A DNA stretch of 64,000 nucleotides from Candidatus Hadarchaeota archaeon (GTDB lineage Archaea > Hadarchaeota > Hadarchaeia > Hadarchaeales > JAGGTB01): the NCBI GenBank assembly GCA_964384105.1, contig CAYLJV010000001.1:448001-512000 (forward strand), in the 5' to 3' direction. Positions 39,447 to 50,455 of this stretch are shown piece after piece. The notes under the pieces were generated by a model. The model did no database searches. It worked only from the letters and a program-made list of their open reading frames with translations, and had not been told where the DNA came from. The stretch's first letter is position 1. The number at the start of each line of letters is the position of its first letter. The position numbers and the translations under genes are program-made.

Positions 39447-39773
39447 TTGACTATTTTCAGAGATGAACTCGATAAAATCGAAGAGCCGATACCTCTCTTA
39501 AGAAAAATGAGTAGGGATACATTCTATTCTTATGAAGAGATGGTCGAGAAAATATTGGGTAAGAGTTTCTCATTTAAAGAAGAAAATTTGTTGAATGATT
39601 TCAGGGAAAAATTTGGAGAGAAAGAGACTGAAACAGAAGATTTGATGGCATGGGCTCTCGGATTTACTAGAAATATCGCACGTGTTGAGGCGGTGCTTGC
39701 AATTCATATAATAACCGGTGATATCGTACTTGGTTTTAAGGGAAATGAAATTTATTACGGTAAATCGGAGTGA
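39447..39773 (+). CDS. Hypothetical protein
   Basis: 108-aa ORF with a GGAGGTG SD before the TTG start. Confidence 0.65.
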   Translation: MTIFRDELDKIEEPIPLLRKMSRDTFYSYEEMVEKILGKSFSFKEENLLNDFREKFGEKETETEDLMAWALGFTRNIARVEAVLAIHIITGDIVLGFKGNEIYYGKSE

Positions 39774-40004
39774 CTGAAGTATCTTTACTACGGTTAGGGC
39801 TACTCCTAAAATTTAGGCAATCATAGTAAACTTAATTTAGAGTCTTGTTGATTTATTGGAATTAATTTTCTAGATCCAATGGAGAGTAAAGATAAATTGC
39901 AAACGGTGGAGCATTTTGGGAATTAGTTGCTTAAGAAGATATAATTTTTCCAGAGGTATTAAGAAACATTATTAATTCTAGAATCCACTAGTAAAAAATG
40001 GATT

Positions 40005-40823
40005 ATGGATTTTAAGTTGGATGTGTCGACTCTTCTATATGCAATAGGTATCATACTTGGGATAGTATCCGTTGTTTACTTTGGTAGGAGCATAATCGCA
40101 GATTTGTCTCCTACTATAAAATCTGTCTTGCTTTTGTTAGGTTTTCCCGTACTTTTTGTCTCAGGGGATCTGATTCAAAAAAGAATTATAGATAAGTTCT
40201 TTTATCTGCTTTCTGCGGTATCTTACGTAGTTTTCCTTTGGTATGCGTTTGGTACTTTTGAGCTGGGTGGTAATTTTGTCTTTCTTATCTTGGTCTTATC
40301 TTCCGTTCTTTTTCTGAGTTTGGGATATTTGAAGAGTCGAGAAGTCAACTTAAAGAGCAGTTGGAAGAAAATAACTCTTATTGTCCTGATAGCTCTAATG
40401 ATCGGCTTGACTTCGTTTGATGTTATGGGAGCTCAACCTAAATACGACTTGCAATTAGAGGATAGTATAAATTTTGAGGGAGTCTGGGAGAGGGATGAAC
40501 AGAGAATCAGAATAGGAACTTTAGAAGTAAGGAATGATTTTGTATTTTCCAGATTCACGCATTTTCCTGAGTTAAGGGCATGTTTATATACTCCAGGAAA
40601 ACATGAAATTTATCCTTATTATTCTCGGTGGGAAGTCAATATAGTTGGAGGGGGAGAAACGGAAAACATTGAGGTTTCAATATATCCACCTCGGGGAGAG
40701 GAACTTGGAAAACCTCCTGCCTATATGGAAAATATTAAAATAGTGCCGATTGAGGGGGCAGATTCTTGCCCGGAGGAGGTAGAGGAGCCAAAGTTGATAG
40801 TGACTACGGGTGGGAGATTCTGA
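40005..40823 (+). CDS. Hypothetical membrane protein (about five TM helices plus a C-terminal extracellular domain)
   Basis: 272-aa ORF; hydrophobicity pattern; two C-terminal cysteines. Confidence 0.7.
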   Translation: MDFKLDVSTLLYAIGIILGIVSVVYFGRSIIADLSPTIKSVLLLLGFPVLFVSGDLIQKRIIDKFFYLLSAVSYVVFLWYAFGTFELGGNFVFLILVLSSVLFLSLGYLKSREVNLKSSWKKITLIVLIALMIGLTSFDVMGAQPKYDLQLEDSINFEGVWERDEQRIRIGTLEVRNDFVFSRFTHFPELRACLYTPGKHEIYPYYSRWEVNIVGGGETENIEVSIYPPRGEELGKPPAYMENIKIVPIEGADSCPEEVEEPKLIVTTGGRF

Positions 40824-40835
40824 TTTGTAAAAATA

Positions 40836-40853
40836 GCTCCCAAGATTGGGAGC
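40836..40853. terminator. Inverted repeat GCTCCCAA-GA-TTGGGAGC
   Basis: Perfect 8-bp arms 12 bp after the preceding stop codon; function inferred only. Confidence 0.3.
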
Positions 40854-41053
40854 GGTAGGTCTTCGACCTTTCCCTTAGATGGATTGAATTCATATTGTGG
40901 ATAAATTAGTGTCAGGTGAAGAAGGTATTGCTAGGAATCTTCTAAAAACTTTTTAACGTTTAAATGCCTCTGGACTACACCAAGGATTCATAAACCTAAT
41001 TGAAAACTGATTACCCTATATTAACTAAATTTTTTAAATGTTCGAGGAAGTAT

Positions 41054-41130
41054 TGGTGGACCCGTCGGGATTTGAACCCGAGACCTCCGCCTTGCGAAGG
41101 CGGCGCTCATACCAGCTGAGCTACGGGCCC
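41054..41130 (-). tRNA. tRNA-Ala(CGC)
   Basis: GGGCCCG/CGGGTCC acceptor with G3:U70, CCGCC-TTCGCAA-GGCGG anticodon arm, encoded CCA. Confidence 0.97.
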
Positions 41131-41293
41131 TCCTTACATTTTTGGTAATTTCGCTTGAAAGTCTTTCATAAATAAGCCTATTTAAGATTGTTTTTGTTAA
41201 ATCTACGTTTGATTGGATGAAGAGAATCGGAGTCTGAAGACAAATTTCTTAATTGTAGTTACTAAATTTAACAATAGAATTCTGAATTGAAAG

Positions 41294-41563
41294 ATGGAGG
41301 TGATATATTTGACTGGGGAACATGAAGGTAGAGAGAATCTTACAGAGGAGACTAAGGATCTCGAGAGGGCAAGACAGTCTTTGATAGAAGAACTTGAGGC
41401 TATAAATTGGTATCAAGAGAGAATTGAAAATACAAAGAATAAAGAGCTAAAGAAGATATTGGAGCATAATCGCGATGAAGAGAAGGAGCATGTCGCTATG
41501 TTGGTAGAATGGTTAAGAGCTAACGATGAGGTACAAGACCGCGAGTTTGAAGACCACGATTAA
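41294..41563 (+). CDS. Encapsulated-ferritin (EncFtn)-type ferritin-like protein (likely start TTG 41309)
   Basis: RARQSLIEELEAINWYQER...ILEHNRDEEKEHVAMLVEWLR family signature. Confidence 0.88.
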   Translation: MEVIYLTGEHEGRENLTEETKDLERARQSLIEELEAINWYQERIENTKNKELKKILEHNRDEEKEHVAMLVEWLRANDEVQDREFEDHD

Positions 41564-41655
41564 GTTTATCAACCTTATTTCTTTCGTAAAACCAAAATTT
41601 TTCTTTTATTTACAATTAAAAAGGATAGGAGGAGACCTTGGGGCCTCGTGTAGAA

Positions 41656-42180
41656 TTATTCGTCGTTATCTCCGTCATCCTCTATTTCATTCAGGACCCT
41701 TTCACCAAGTTGCGAATCTATCATTAGCAAACTGCTGGTACTGTCTTTTGCCATTTCCAATTTCTGTACGATTTTATTCACGGAATTCTCTTCTTCTACC
41801 TGTTCTTCTACAAACCACTGGAGCATTTTTACCGTTGCTTTATCTTTCTCTTTTTCTGCCAAGTCGACTAGATCGTTAATTCTACCCGTGATGTACTGTT
41901 CGTGTTCATAAGCGTCTTTGAATGCTTTGTGGGGTGATTCCCATTCCGTTTTAGGTTTGTCTATTGCTTTCAGTTTTACTCTTCCACCTCTCTCTTCGAG
42001 GTAATCGTACAGTCTTATAGCATGTTCAACCTCCTCCTGAGCTTGTATCCTCATCCAATTAGCGAATCCTTCTAGATTCTTATCGCCGAAATCTGCAGCT
42101 ATCGAGAGATACAAGTAGGCAGAGTATAGCTCTGCATTTATCTGGTCGTTAATCGCTTCTTCTATTTTTTCTTTAATCAT
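41656..42180 (-). CDS. ftnA: Non-heme ferritin
   Basis: QINAELYSAYLY, QAQEEVEHA, HEQYIT, QWFVEEQVEEE ferroxidase motifs; GGAGGTGA SD before ATG 42180. Confidence 0.93.
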   Translation of the reverse strand: MIKEKIEEAINDQINAELYSAYLYLSIAADFGDKNLEGFANWMRIQAQEEVEHAIRLYDYLEERGGRVKLKAIDKPKTEWESPHKAFKDAYEHEQYITGRINDLVDLAEKEKDKATVKMLQWFVEEQVEEENSVNKIVQKLEMAKDSTSSLLMIDSQLGERVLNEIEDDGDNDE

Positions 42181-42233
42181 ATTTTTCACCTCCTGTGGTG
42201 TATGTGGGCTAAAAAAAAACAAAAAAAATGAAT

Positions 42234-42899
42234 TTATGGTGCCTTATGACAAAGCCACCAGTCGTAACATTCGAATTCTCCCTTTTTCGATCTTTTCAAT
42301 CTATCTTTTGCGGTTTCAACGTCTTTGGCCGGCGGTATTATTACATGGTCGCTCATCAATTCGTTTTCTGGCCAGTTAGCGGGAATTGCTACATTATCTT
42401 TGTCTGCTTTTTGGAATCCTTTTATCATTCTTATTAATTCGTCCATATTTCTCCCAAGTTCTTGGGGGTAATAAAGAATCGCCCGGATAGTGGATTCAGG
42501 GTCTACCATAAAAACGGCTCTTACTGTGTTATTTCCTTTGTTTGGATGAATTAGACCAAGAGTATCTGCTACTTTGCCTCGATCGTCTGCAATTATGGGG
42601 AACTCTATTTCCTCTCCTAATTTTTCTTCGATCCATTCGGCCCATTTTATGTGGCTGAACACTTGATCTATACTAAGTCCGATAAGTTCGGTATTTAATT
42701 CTCTAAATTTGTCATACCTTTTTTGGAAAGCATAGAATTCGGTGGTGCACACAGGTGTGAAATCTCCAGGGTGGGAGAATAGTATCCACCATTTTCCTTT
42801 ATAATCTTCTGGGAGCTTCTTTGTTCCATGAGTGGTTGTGACCGACATTTCTGGGAAGTTATCTCCTATCAAGGGCATTCTTGTTTTTCCTTCTTCCAT
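42234..42899 (-). CDS. Peroxiredoxin (archaeal Prx6-type)
   Basis: [33 protein letters not shown]. Confidence 0.95.
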   Translation of the reverse strand: MEEGKTRMPLIGDNFPEMSVTTTHGTKKLPEDYKGKWWILFSHPGDFTPVCTTEFYAFQKRYDKFRELNTELIGLSIDQVFSHIKWAEWIEEKLGEEIEFPIIADDRGKVADTLGLIHPNKGNNTVRAVFMVDPESTIRAILYYPQELGRNMDELIRMIKGFQKADKDNVAIPANWPENELMSDHVIIPPAKDVETAKDRLKRSKKGEFECYDWWLCHKAP

Positions 42900-43011
42900 A
42901 ATTATTCCACCTCCCTTTACGTTTTATCTAAATTTTTCTACGATAGTAAGATATTTAAGCTTTTAGTTTCGTATTATTTAGTGCGATATTCGTAGGTTAT
43001 GTGGTAAAGTC

Positions 43012-43446
43012 ATGGTTGATGAAATAGATGAAAAATTAATTGAAATTCTCCAGAAGGACTCAAGGACGCCTAACACTGAAGTGGCAGAAAAATTGGATAT
43101 CAGTGAGGCATCGGTCAGAAATCGAATCAAGGATCTTCAGGAGCGGAATGTGATAAAGAAATTCACTGTTGAGGTCGATCCCGGAAAGATTGGCTATAAC
43201 TCAATAGCGTTAGTTGGCGTTGATGTGGACCCAGAAAAATTTCTCCCTGCTGCTAATAAGCTTGCAGAGTTCGATGAGATTCGAGAAGTCAGTCTTACAA
43301 CAGGCGACCATATGATTATGATGGAAATATGGGCTAGAACCGGAGAACATTTGACAAAAATTTTGAGCAAAAAAGTTGGGAGTATTGAAGGTGTAGAAAG
43401 GATATGTCCTGCCGTTATTCTCGAAAAAATAAAGGACGGTTTTTGA
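43012..43446 (+). CDS. Lrp/AsnC-family transcriptional regulator
   Basis: DSRTPNTEVAEKLDISEASVRNRI HTH, TTGDHMI, CPAVILE. Confidence 0.93.
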   Translation: MVDEIDEKLIEILQKDSRTPNTEVAEKLDISEASVRNRIKDLQERNVIKKFTVEVDPGKIGYNSIALVGVDVDPEKFLPAANKLAEFDEIREVSLTTGDHMIMMEIWARTGEHLTKILSKKVGSIEGVERICPAVILEKIKDGF

Positions 43447-43531
43447 GAATGGTTTCTTGTAGGAAAGTATTGCATAGGACTTGTTTTTAATAAAATGAAA
43501 ATTTCAACTTAGTTAAGTTGGTGAGTCCTAA

Positions 43532-44341
43532 ATGGTGGAACTAATTTCGTTAGGGTGCGGTGGCGGGAGGTATCAAACTTTGGATCAGACTTTTCGAACT
43601 GGTGGATTTAGAATTCATGATGAGGTAAAATTACACATAGACCCTGGCCCTGGAGCACTTCTATTGACTAACCAGCTTGGATTAAATCCGATGGAATTGG
43701 ATGGGGTAGTCGTTTCTCATTCTCATCCAGATCACTATGCAGATGCTGAGGTCCTTATAGATGCAATGTATCGGGGTGATTCAGGTGGTGTTTTTTTGGG
43801 GAACAAAAGTGCAATAGATGGTGCTGCTGATCATGGGCCCCTTGTCTCTAGATATCACAGAGAAAGAGCTAGTAAGATTGTCTCTTTGAAGCCTGGCGAG
43901 AATTTTGATCTACGGGGTTTAAATATTGAGTCTACTCCTACGGAACATACCGATCCCACTGCGATTGGGTTAAAATTTAGTACAGAAGATGGTACAATTG
44001 GGTACACAGGAGACACTGGTTATTTTGAAGAACTCCCGGGGATTTTTGTGGATTCAAGAATTTTGATTGCAAATGTTACCAGACCAGGGGATAAAAGGAT
44101 ATACGGACATCTCTGCTCGGATGATTTAATTAAAATATTGAATGTTGTCGAACCGGAGCTTGCTGTAGTAGTACATATGGGGATGTTATTTTTGCGGAGT
44201 TCTCCTAAAAAAGAAGCAAAATATGTTGAAGAAAAGACTGGGGTTAGGTCGATCCCAGGATACGTCGGGATGAAGGTAGATATGTGTGAAGAAGTGAACA
44301 TTATAAGAAAGTCTGTCCCCGATTTAACAAAATTTTCTTAA
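43532..44341 (+). CDS. Metallo-beta-lactamase-fold hydrolase
   Basis: HIDPGPG, SHSHPDHYAD, EH, YTGDT, GHL, VHMG. Confidence 0.9.
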   Translation: MVELISLGCGGGRYQTLDQTFRTGGFRIHDEVKLHIDPGPGALLLTNQLGLNPMELDGVVVSHSHPDHYADAEVLIDAMYRGDSGGVFLGNKSAIDGAADHGPLVSRYHRERASKIVSLKPGENFDLRGLNIESTPTEHTDPTAIGLKFSTEDGTIGYTGDTGYFEELPGIFVDSRILIANVTRPGDKRIYGHLCSDDLIKILNVVEPELAVVVHMGMLFLRSSPKKEAKYVEEKTGVRSIPGYVGMKVDMCEEVNIIRKSVPDLTKFS

Positions 44342-44386
44342 CTGGCTATTACTATTCCTTTTATACCGGAAGAATTCGAATTTGTT

Positions 44387-47065
44387 GTGATAGAGATGGA
44401 CATCCCGAAATCTTACGAACCGGAGAAAGTCGAGGAGAAATGGCAGAAAAAGTGGCGAGAGTTGAATATTGACGAGTTTGATCGGGAGGATCAGGAATCC
44501 CCGACCTATGTGATAGATACTCCACCTCCTTATCCCAGTGGAGAATTTCATATTGGAAACGCTTTAAATTGGATGTATTTTGATTTCGTTGCCAGATACA
44601 AACGGATGAAGGGATACAATGTACTATTTCCTCAAGGTTGGGATTGCCATGGATTACCAACTGAAGTTCAAGTTGAGAAAGAGAATAATGTGAGAAAGGG
44701 GGATATGCCCCGTGATGAGTTCCGAAGATTGTGTGTTGAGCTAACTGAAAAGAATATATCTCATATGAAAGAGGAGATGCGTTCTCTGGGCCTCTCCATA
44801 GATTGGTCTACTGAATATAGGACTATGGATCCCGAATATTTTGGAAAGACACAGCTGTCTTTTGTTAAATTGTATAATGACGGGTTGATTTATGAAGGCA
44901 AGCACCCGGTTAACTGGTGCCCCCGTTGTGAGACGGCGATAGCCGATGCGGAGGTTGAATATGAGGATCGAGAAGGAGTTATCAACTATATCAAATTCAA
45001 GGTTAAGGGAGAAGATGATCACCTTGTCATTGCCACTACCCGACCTGAGCTACTTCCCGCATGTGTTCTTGCAGCTGTCCATCCTGGGGACGAGAGGTAT
45101 GAAGAGTACGTTGGTAAGGAACTGGTAGTTCCAATTTTTGGACAGACTGTTAAGATAGTCGAGGATAATGAAGTGGATCCGGATTTTGGAACCGGAGCTG
45201 TGATGATTTGTACTTTTGGTGACAAGACGGATGTTCAATGGGTCAACAGATACGATCTTCCTATAATCGAAGCAATTAACGAAAAGGGTGAGTTGACAGA
45301 GGTTGCAGGATCTTATTCTGGACTTAGTGTTGATGAAGGCAAGAAAAAGTTTATCGAGGATTTGGGGGAGAAAGAGATTCTCATTAAAAAGGAACCTTTA
45401 GAACAAAACGTTGGCGTTTGTTGGCGTTGCAAGACCCCTGTTGAGATTTTGACAAAGGATCAGTGGTTTATGAGAGTTATGGATCTCAACGACGAAGTTG
45501 TAAGGGTGGCGGAGGAGATTAGATGGGTTCCTGAACACATGAGACTTCGGTTGCAAGAATGGGCGAGTTCCATGGATTGGGATTGGGTTATTTCTAGACA
45601 AAGAATATTTGCTACTCCCATTCCCGTTTGGTATTGCTCGGAGTGTGGGAATCCAATAGTAGCTAGAGAAGAGGATGTTCCAGTTAATCCTGTTCAAGAT
45701 GAAGCCCCGATAGAGGCTTGTCCAGAATGTGGTTGCTCTGATTTTGAGCCAGAAGAGGATGTTTTGGATACTTGGATGGATAGCTCTATTACCCCTGCGG
45801 TCCACGCGGGTTGGCCGGATATGGATTCAAGGCTGTTCCCTGCAGATCTCCAACCTAATGGAACGGACATCATTCGGACTTGGGACTACTATCTTCTGGT
45901 AAGAAGTTTGGCCTTGTTTGATCAACCACCATATAAAACTGTTCTAATAAATGGCATGGTTTTTGGGGAGGATGGAAGGAAAATGTCAAAGTCACAAGGA
46001 AACTATGTTGAAACAACTAGGGCGAGGAATCGGCATGGTGCAGATGCTCTCCGACAATGGGCGGCGATGGGGGCTACTCCTGGATCAGATGTTCCATTTT
46101 CTTGGAAAGAGGTGGATTTTGGATATAGGTTCTTCAGGAAATTATGGAATGCAGCTCGTTTTGCGGCACCACATATTGAGGAGGTAGATCTAGATTGGAA
46201 TCACGAAAATGTTGAAATGCGTCCGCCCGACAGATGGATTTTGAGCAGATTGAATAGGGTTATCGATCAGGCTACTCAGCATATGGATAATTTCAAATTC
46301 AATCAAGCTTTGAAAGAAATTCGAACTTTTGTTTGGCACGAATTTTGTGACATGTATATTGAAGAAATAAAGCATCGTCTCTACGATGGGGATATATCTG
46401 CTAGTGGTGCAAGATATTCTTTATATCAAGTTCTTTGGAATATTACCCGGCTTCTTGCTCCGTTCGTACCTCACTTTTCAGAGGAGTTGTATCATACTCA
46501 TTTCGCTTCCGAATACCCGTATGACAGTATTCATCAGTCTGAATGGCCGAAGTCTCAGGGGGGACGGATTGATGAAGATGCAGAAGAGCTTGGAAATGTA
46601 TTAAATTCGATTATTTCCGAGATTAGACAATTTAAATCGGATAGAGACATGCCTTTAAATGAAGAAATTTCTTCCGTAGAGATATATTCTCAGTCTGAAA
46701 AGGTAGCGGGGATTGTTGAGAAAGTGAAGGAGGATATTGAGGGATCTGCTAAAGTTTCCGAGCTTGTTACCAGTACTAAAAAACCGGATGTGGATGAGAA
46801 GATAATATCGGTGGAGCCGGATATGGCAGTTCTAGGTCCAAAGTTAAGAAATGATTCCAAATTGGTTTCCCGGGCTTTGTCTGAAAAGGATCCTGAAAAG
46901 TTAGCTAAGGAATTTGATGGGGAGTTATTAGTAGAGATTAATGGAAGAGAGTTTAATTTAACTGAAGAAGATTTGATAATAAAAAGAGGAACCGTTAGTT
47001 CCGGCAAGAAGGTGGAAGTTAGGAACATTTCAAATCCGGGAATAACTTTGGTAATATCTCGTTAA
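44387..47065 (+). CDS. valS: Valine--tRNA ligase
   Basis: [13 protein letters not shown] (HIGH), [13 protein letters not shown]. Confidence 0.96.
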   Translation: MIEMDIPKSYEPEKVEEKWQKKWRELNIDEFDREDQESPTYVIDTPPPYPSGEFHIGNALNWMYFDFVARYKRMKGYNVLFPQGWDCHGLPTEVQVEKENNVRKGDMPRDEFRRLCVELTEKNISHMKEEMRSLGLSIDWSTEYRTMDPEYFGKTQLSFVKLYNDGLIYEGKHPVNWCPRCETAIADAEVEYEDREGVINYIKFKVKGEDDHLVIATTRPELLPACVLAAVHPGDERYEEYVGKELVVPIFGQTVKIVEDNEVDPDFGTGAVMICTFGDKTDVQWVNRYDLPIIEAINEKGELTEVAGSYSGLSVDEGKKKFIEDLGEKEILIKKEPLEQNVGVCWRCKTPVEILTKDQWFMRVMDLNDEVVRVAEEIRWVPEHMRLRLQEWASSMDWDWVISRQRIFATPIPVWYCSECGNPIVAREEDVPVNPVQDEAPIEACPECGCSDFEPEEDVLDTWMDSSITPAVHAGWPDMDSRLFPADLQPNGTDIIRTWDYYLLVRSLALFDQPPYKTVLINGMVFGEDGRKMSKSQGNYVETTRARNRHGADALRQWAAMGATPGSDVPFSWKEVDFGYRFFRKLWNAARFAAPHIEEVDLDWNHENVEMRPPDRWILSRLNRVIDQATQHMDNFKFNQALKEIRTFVWHEFCDMYIEEIKHRLYDGDISASGARYSLYQVLWNITRLLAPFVPHFSEELYHTHFASEYPYDSIHQSEWPKSQGGRIDEDAEELGNVLNSIISEIRQFKSDRDMPLNEEISSVEIYSQSEKVAGIVEKVKEDIEGSAKVSELVTSTKKPDVDEKIISVEPDMAVLGPKLRNDSKLVSRALSEKDPEKLAKEFDGELLVEINGREFNLTEEDLIIKRGTVSSGKKVEVRNISNPGITLVISR

Positions 47066-47119
47066 AGGAAGCTATTGGTTATGGATCTAATAGAATTAAG
47101 ATTCTTAGAGGGAGATTAA

Positions 47120-47842
47120 GTGAGATGTATTATATGTGGTAAAGGAGGGTCTGGAAAAAGCGTTATAACCTCCCTTTTGGCGAAAGAGATTTCGAGTAGG
47201 GGTCTGAATGTAGTCGTTGTTGATAACGATGAATCTAATTTTGGTCTTCATTCTTACCTTGGGGTGGATCTTCCTGGGAAGCTTATGGATTATTTTGGGG
47301 GACGGAAGGAGTTGTTCGATCGAGTAGAAGAAATGGAGCAGTTTAAAGTAGATTCTTTACCTTCCAAGTTCGTGTCCGAAAATAATGGCATAAAGCTCTT
47401 GGCCATGGGTAAGATAGAAGATTATGGTGAGGGGTGTGCATGTCCTATAAACGTTCTTACAAGCAAGTTTCTAAAAAATTTGGATTTAAATGAAAATGTT
47501 TTTCTATTAATTGATTCCGAAGCAGGTATTGAGCACTTTGGGAGGAAGGTAGAGGATGCATGCGATTCTGTTCTGGTAGTTGTAGACCCGACTCAGGAAT
47601 CCTTGAGACTTGCCGAAAAGATTTTGGGATTTGAGAGTATTGTAGAAAAAGGCGTTTTCTTTGTTTTGAATAAAGTTGATAAAGAAAGTGAAGATTTTCT
47701 ACTGAAATCCCTACCTAAAGAGAGAGTAATCGCTACTGTGTATGATAATCGGGATATATTCAAGGCGGGTATGAGAGGGAGGGAAGTAGATGGAAAGTAT
47801 AGGGGGATTGAGAAATTAGCGGATTTCTTGTTGGGAATATAG
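47120..47842 (+). CDS. cooC: CooC-like nickel-insertion ATPase
   Basis: GKGGSGKS, GEGCACP (CxC Ni site), DSEAGIEHFGR. Confidence 0.85.
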   Translation: MRCIICGKGGSGKSVITSLLAKEISSRGLNVVVVDNDESNFGLHSYLGVDLPGKLMDYFGGRKELFDRVEEMEQFKVDSLPSKFVSENNGIKLLAMGKIEDYGEGCACPINVLTSKFLKNLDLNENVFLLIDSEAGIEHFGRKVEDACDSVLVVVDPTQESLRLAEKILGFESIVEKGVFFVLNKVDKESEDFLLKSLPKERVIATVYDNRDIFKAGMRGREVDGKYRGIEKLADFLLGI

Positions 47843-47898
47843 GAAGAAATAGTTTTAGCATTCCTCTAATTTTTTCTAATTGAAATTTTGGTGTTTAA

Positions 47899-48294
47899 AT
47901 GAGTAGTTCAGATAAGAGTTTGCAAGAGACACTTGACGAGGGTTTGGAAAATTTTTGGAAAATATTGGATAGAATTATCGGTTCAACTTCAAAACGCCCT
48001 CGAAAAGAGCTCGATGAAGCGATTATGAGACTCGAAAGGAGACTGAAAGAAGGGGTTAATAAAAAAGTTGGAGATACTGAAGAGAAGAAATCAAAAATCC
48101 TTCAGATTGAGGTGATGATAAGCGAGATCAGAAATAACTTGGATAGGATTTTAGAAGTAAAAGCTGATGATCGTGGAGAAAAGAAAAAACTGAAAATTTC
48201 GGGTGATTCAAAAGATTCACAAAAAAAGCTCGACGAATATCCCGATAGCAATCTAGAATCATTTAAGGAGAAAATAAATTCTTTAGACTTTTGA
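47899..48294 (+). CDS. Hypothetical charged helical protein
   Basis: 131-aa ORF with no recognised motif. Confidence 0.6.
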   Translation: MSSSDKSLQETLDEGLENFWKILDRIIGSTSKRPRKELDEAIMRLERRLKEGVNKKVGDTEEKKSKILQIEVMISEIRNNLDRILEVKADDRGEKKKLKISGDSKDSQKKLDEYPDSNLESFKEKINSLDF

Positions 48295-48320
48295 AGACTG
48301 ACTTCTGACCGGAGAATTTA

Positions 48321-49022
48321 CTATTTGTTTCCTGGTGGCAGAATTAGAGTTCCGCTGTGAGCTGCTCCGTCCATTATCTCAGGTAGTCTTTCAATTTCGT
48401 TTTTGCCTAGTACTAGACTTTTGATTTTTGCCCCTTGAATTATTCGAGTAGCCATAGGGTCTATGATAGTAGTCATTCCAGGTTCGAATTTCATTTTTTT
48501 CATTAGATCTGAAAGCTCTGCTGTTGTCATTTTGTCTATCTTCTCTGCTTTTTTGTTCTTTTTTGGATCTGCGGTATAAACGCCATCGACATCGGTGAAA
48601 AATATCAACATCTTAGAGTCGCTAGTCTCTGCAAGTTTTGCTGCCACAGCATCGGTTGTATGGCCTGGTTTTGTTCCACCCATGACGGGTATTTTGTTTT
48701 TGAAAGTTGAACGATTAGCTTTTTCGAAGTTTTCCGTTGGTTTTTCCTCCGCTATTTCACCCAAGGAGGAAATAAGGAGCTGAGCATTTAGTCTAGTGAC
48801 CGCTATTCCTATTATATCGAGATCTTTATGTGAAATTCCAAGTTCTTTACCCGCTTGTATATATCTACGGGCGGTCCGTCCTCCACCTGTTACAACTAAG
48901 ATTTCATGACCTTCTTTTTTTAATTGTTTCAATGTTTTAGATATGGTCTTTATTACTTCAACGTCTATTTCATCTGGATTTAGAATAGAGCCACCGAAAT
49001 TTATTGTTACTTTCATTAGCAT
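48321..49022 (-). CDS. pyrH: Uridylate kinase
   Basis: GGS, VTGGGRTAR, MGGTKPGHTTDAVAA, TDVDGVYTADP. Confidence 0.95.
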   Translation of the reverse strand: MLMKVTINFGGSILNPDEIDVEVIKTISKTLKQLKKEGHEILVVTGGGRTARRYIQAGKELGISHKDLDIIGIAVTRLNAQLLISSLGEIAEEKPTENFEKANRSTFKNKIPVMGGTKPGHTTDAVAAKLAETSDSKMLIFFTDVDGVYTADPKKNKKAEKIDKMTTAELSDLMKKMKFEPGMTTIIDPMATRIIQGAKIKSLVLGKNEIERLPEIMDGAAHSGTLILPPGNK

Positions 49023-49185
49023 CCGAAATCTTCTTTTGAATTTTATATTATTAACTTGGTGGTTATTTTTGAAAAATTAACAAAAAATGCTTTTGTTATT
49101 AATAAATGGAACAAAAAGTACTTAGATAAACATTACAAAATTCCTATAAAGGAGAAATTACACCTTTGAGTAGGGAGGTTTCGGA

Positions 49186-49425
49186 ATGGTACGAGCATAT
49201 ATTTTGGTAACTACCGAAGTTGGAAAAATGAGAGAAGTCTTTGAACAGTTGGAGAAAATCGAATCCGTAAAGGAAATCGATATGCTTACTGGGCCATATG
49301 ATCTAATTGTTCAAGCTGAAGCCGAAGATATGACAGATCTTACAGATGGAATTGTAGAAAGAATAAGGGATGCTGATGGTGTAAAGGATACGACTACTAA
49401 TATCGTGATAGAGGGCAGTGCTTAA
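49186..49425 (+). CDS. Stand-alone Lrp/AsnC ligand-binding (RAM) domain protein
   Basis: AYILV...LTGPYDLIV...GVKDTTT, no HTH. Confidence 0.88.
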   Translation: MVRAYILVTTEVGKMREVFEQLEKIESVKEIDMLTGPYDLIVQAEAEDMTDLTDGIVERIRDADGVKDTTTNIVIEGSA

Positions 49426-49500
49426 CCTCGGTTATATTTTAGAAGTTTAGAATCCGAAATCATCTCTAATTAATAGATATAAAGGATAAGGAGGTGTGAG

Positions 49501-49719
49501 ATGGTCTTTATAAGAATAGATCAGAATGATTGTTCTGGTTGCGGAGCTTGTTTTAGTGTTTGCAACAGGGTTTTTAGAACTGATGAGGGGAGAAATTCAC
49601 AGCTTGTCGAGCAATATCAAGGTGATAGTCCGTATGTAGGTGAAGTCCCAGATAGTTTGAAGAGCTGTGCTAAGAATGCCGCGGATAGCTGTCCCAATAA
49701 TGCCATTAATATCCAGTAG
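49501..49719 (+). CDS. Ferredoxin (single cluster)
   Basis: CSGCGAC...C and AADSCPNNAI. Confidence 0.9.
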   Translation: MVFIRIDQNDCSGCGACFSVCNRVFRTDEGRNSQLVEQYQGDSPYVGEVPDSLKSCAKNAADSCPNNAINIQ

Positions 49720-49946
49720 AAAACTCATTCGTTTGTTTATTTTTTACTTAAGGGTTTACTTTTGACTGGTCTTTATGCTAAGGTAGTGGGGAATGTAGAA
49801 TTTTTTCTGCGATCTATCTTTTAGTTAAAGTTGATTTTATTTTTTAGCTGATCTATTAATAGCTATTTATTAAGTCTTCAGTTTCAGGGGAAGATCGGGT
49901 TATTGATCCTAAAAGGATTTAAACTAAAGAAAATATTAGCATTCTA

Positions 49947-50351
49947 ATGCAAACTTTTTTACCCTATTCCAGTTTTCAAGCCTCTGCTAGAGTTCTTGAT
50001 TATAGAAGATTAGGTAAACAACGAAGCGAAGCATTGGTTATAGTGAGGGCTATAGAAAAAGGTAATGGATGGAGCAATCATCCAGTGACAAAAATGTGGA
50101 AGGATTATGTTATGGCTCTCAAACTTTATCATAACGTAATTATTGAAGAGTGGATAAAAAGAGGTTATAATAACAATATGGATCTTTTCGAGATTAGAAA
50201 ACCAGTTGTTAAACCACCATGGCTAGGTGATCAAAGACTTCATAGAAGCCACAGATCAAATTTACTGAGAAAAGACTTGGAATACTACAGTCAATTCGGT
50301 TGGAATGTTCCAGACAATCTTGGATATTTTTGGCCTACAAAAGATTATTAA
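49947..50351 (+). CDS. MSMEG_6728-family / pyrimidine-dimer DNA glycosylase-like protein
   Basis: MQTFLPY...LDYRRLGKQRSE...HPVTKMW...EWIKRGY...PPWLG...SHRSNLLRK...YFWP. Confidence 0.85.
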   Translation: MQTFLPYSSFQASARVLDYRRLGKQRSEALVIVRAIEKGNGWSNHPVTKMWKDYVMALKLYHNVIIEEWIKRGYNNNMDLFEIRKPVVKPPWLGDQRLHRSHRSNLLRKDLEYYSQFGWNVPDNLGYFWPTKDY

Positions 50352-50455
50352 GAATAAAAAAATTGAAAGTTCAAATTCTATTAGTGAATATAGTTTGTCT
50401 TGGACCATTAATAGACTATTTTTCTCGATAATGTGAAACAAGATAGCTTAGTTCT

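Noticed and set aside
41217-41285. ATGAAGA...CTGA boxes upstream of the EncFtn gene
   Set aside because: No C' box, wrong spacing and no terminal stem for a C/D sRNA.
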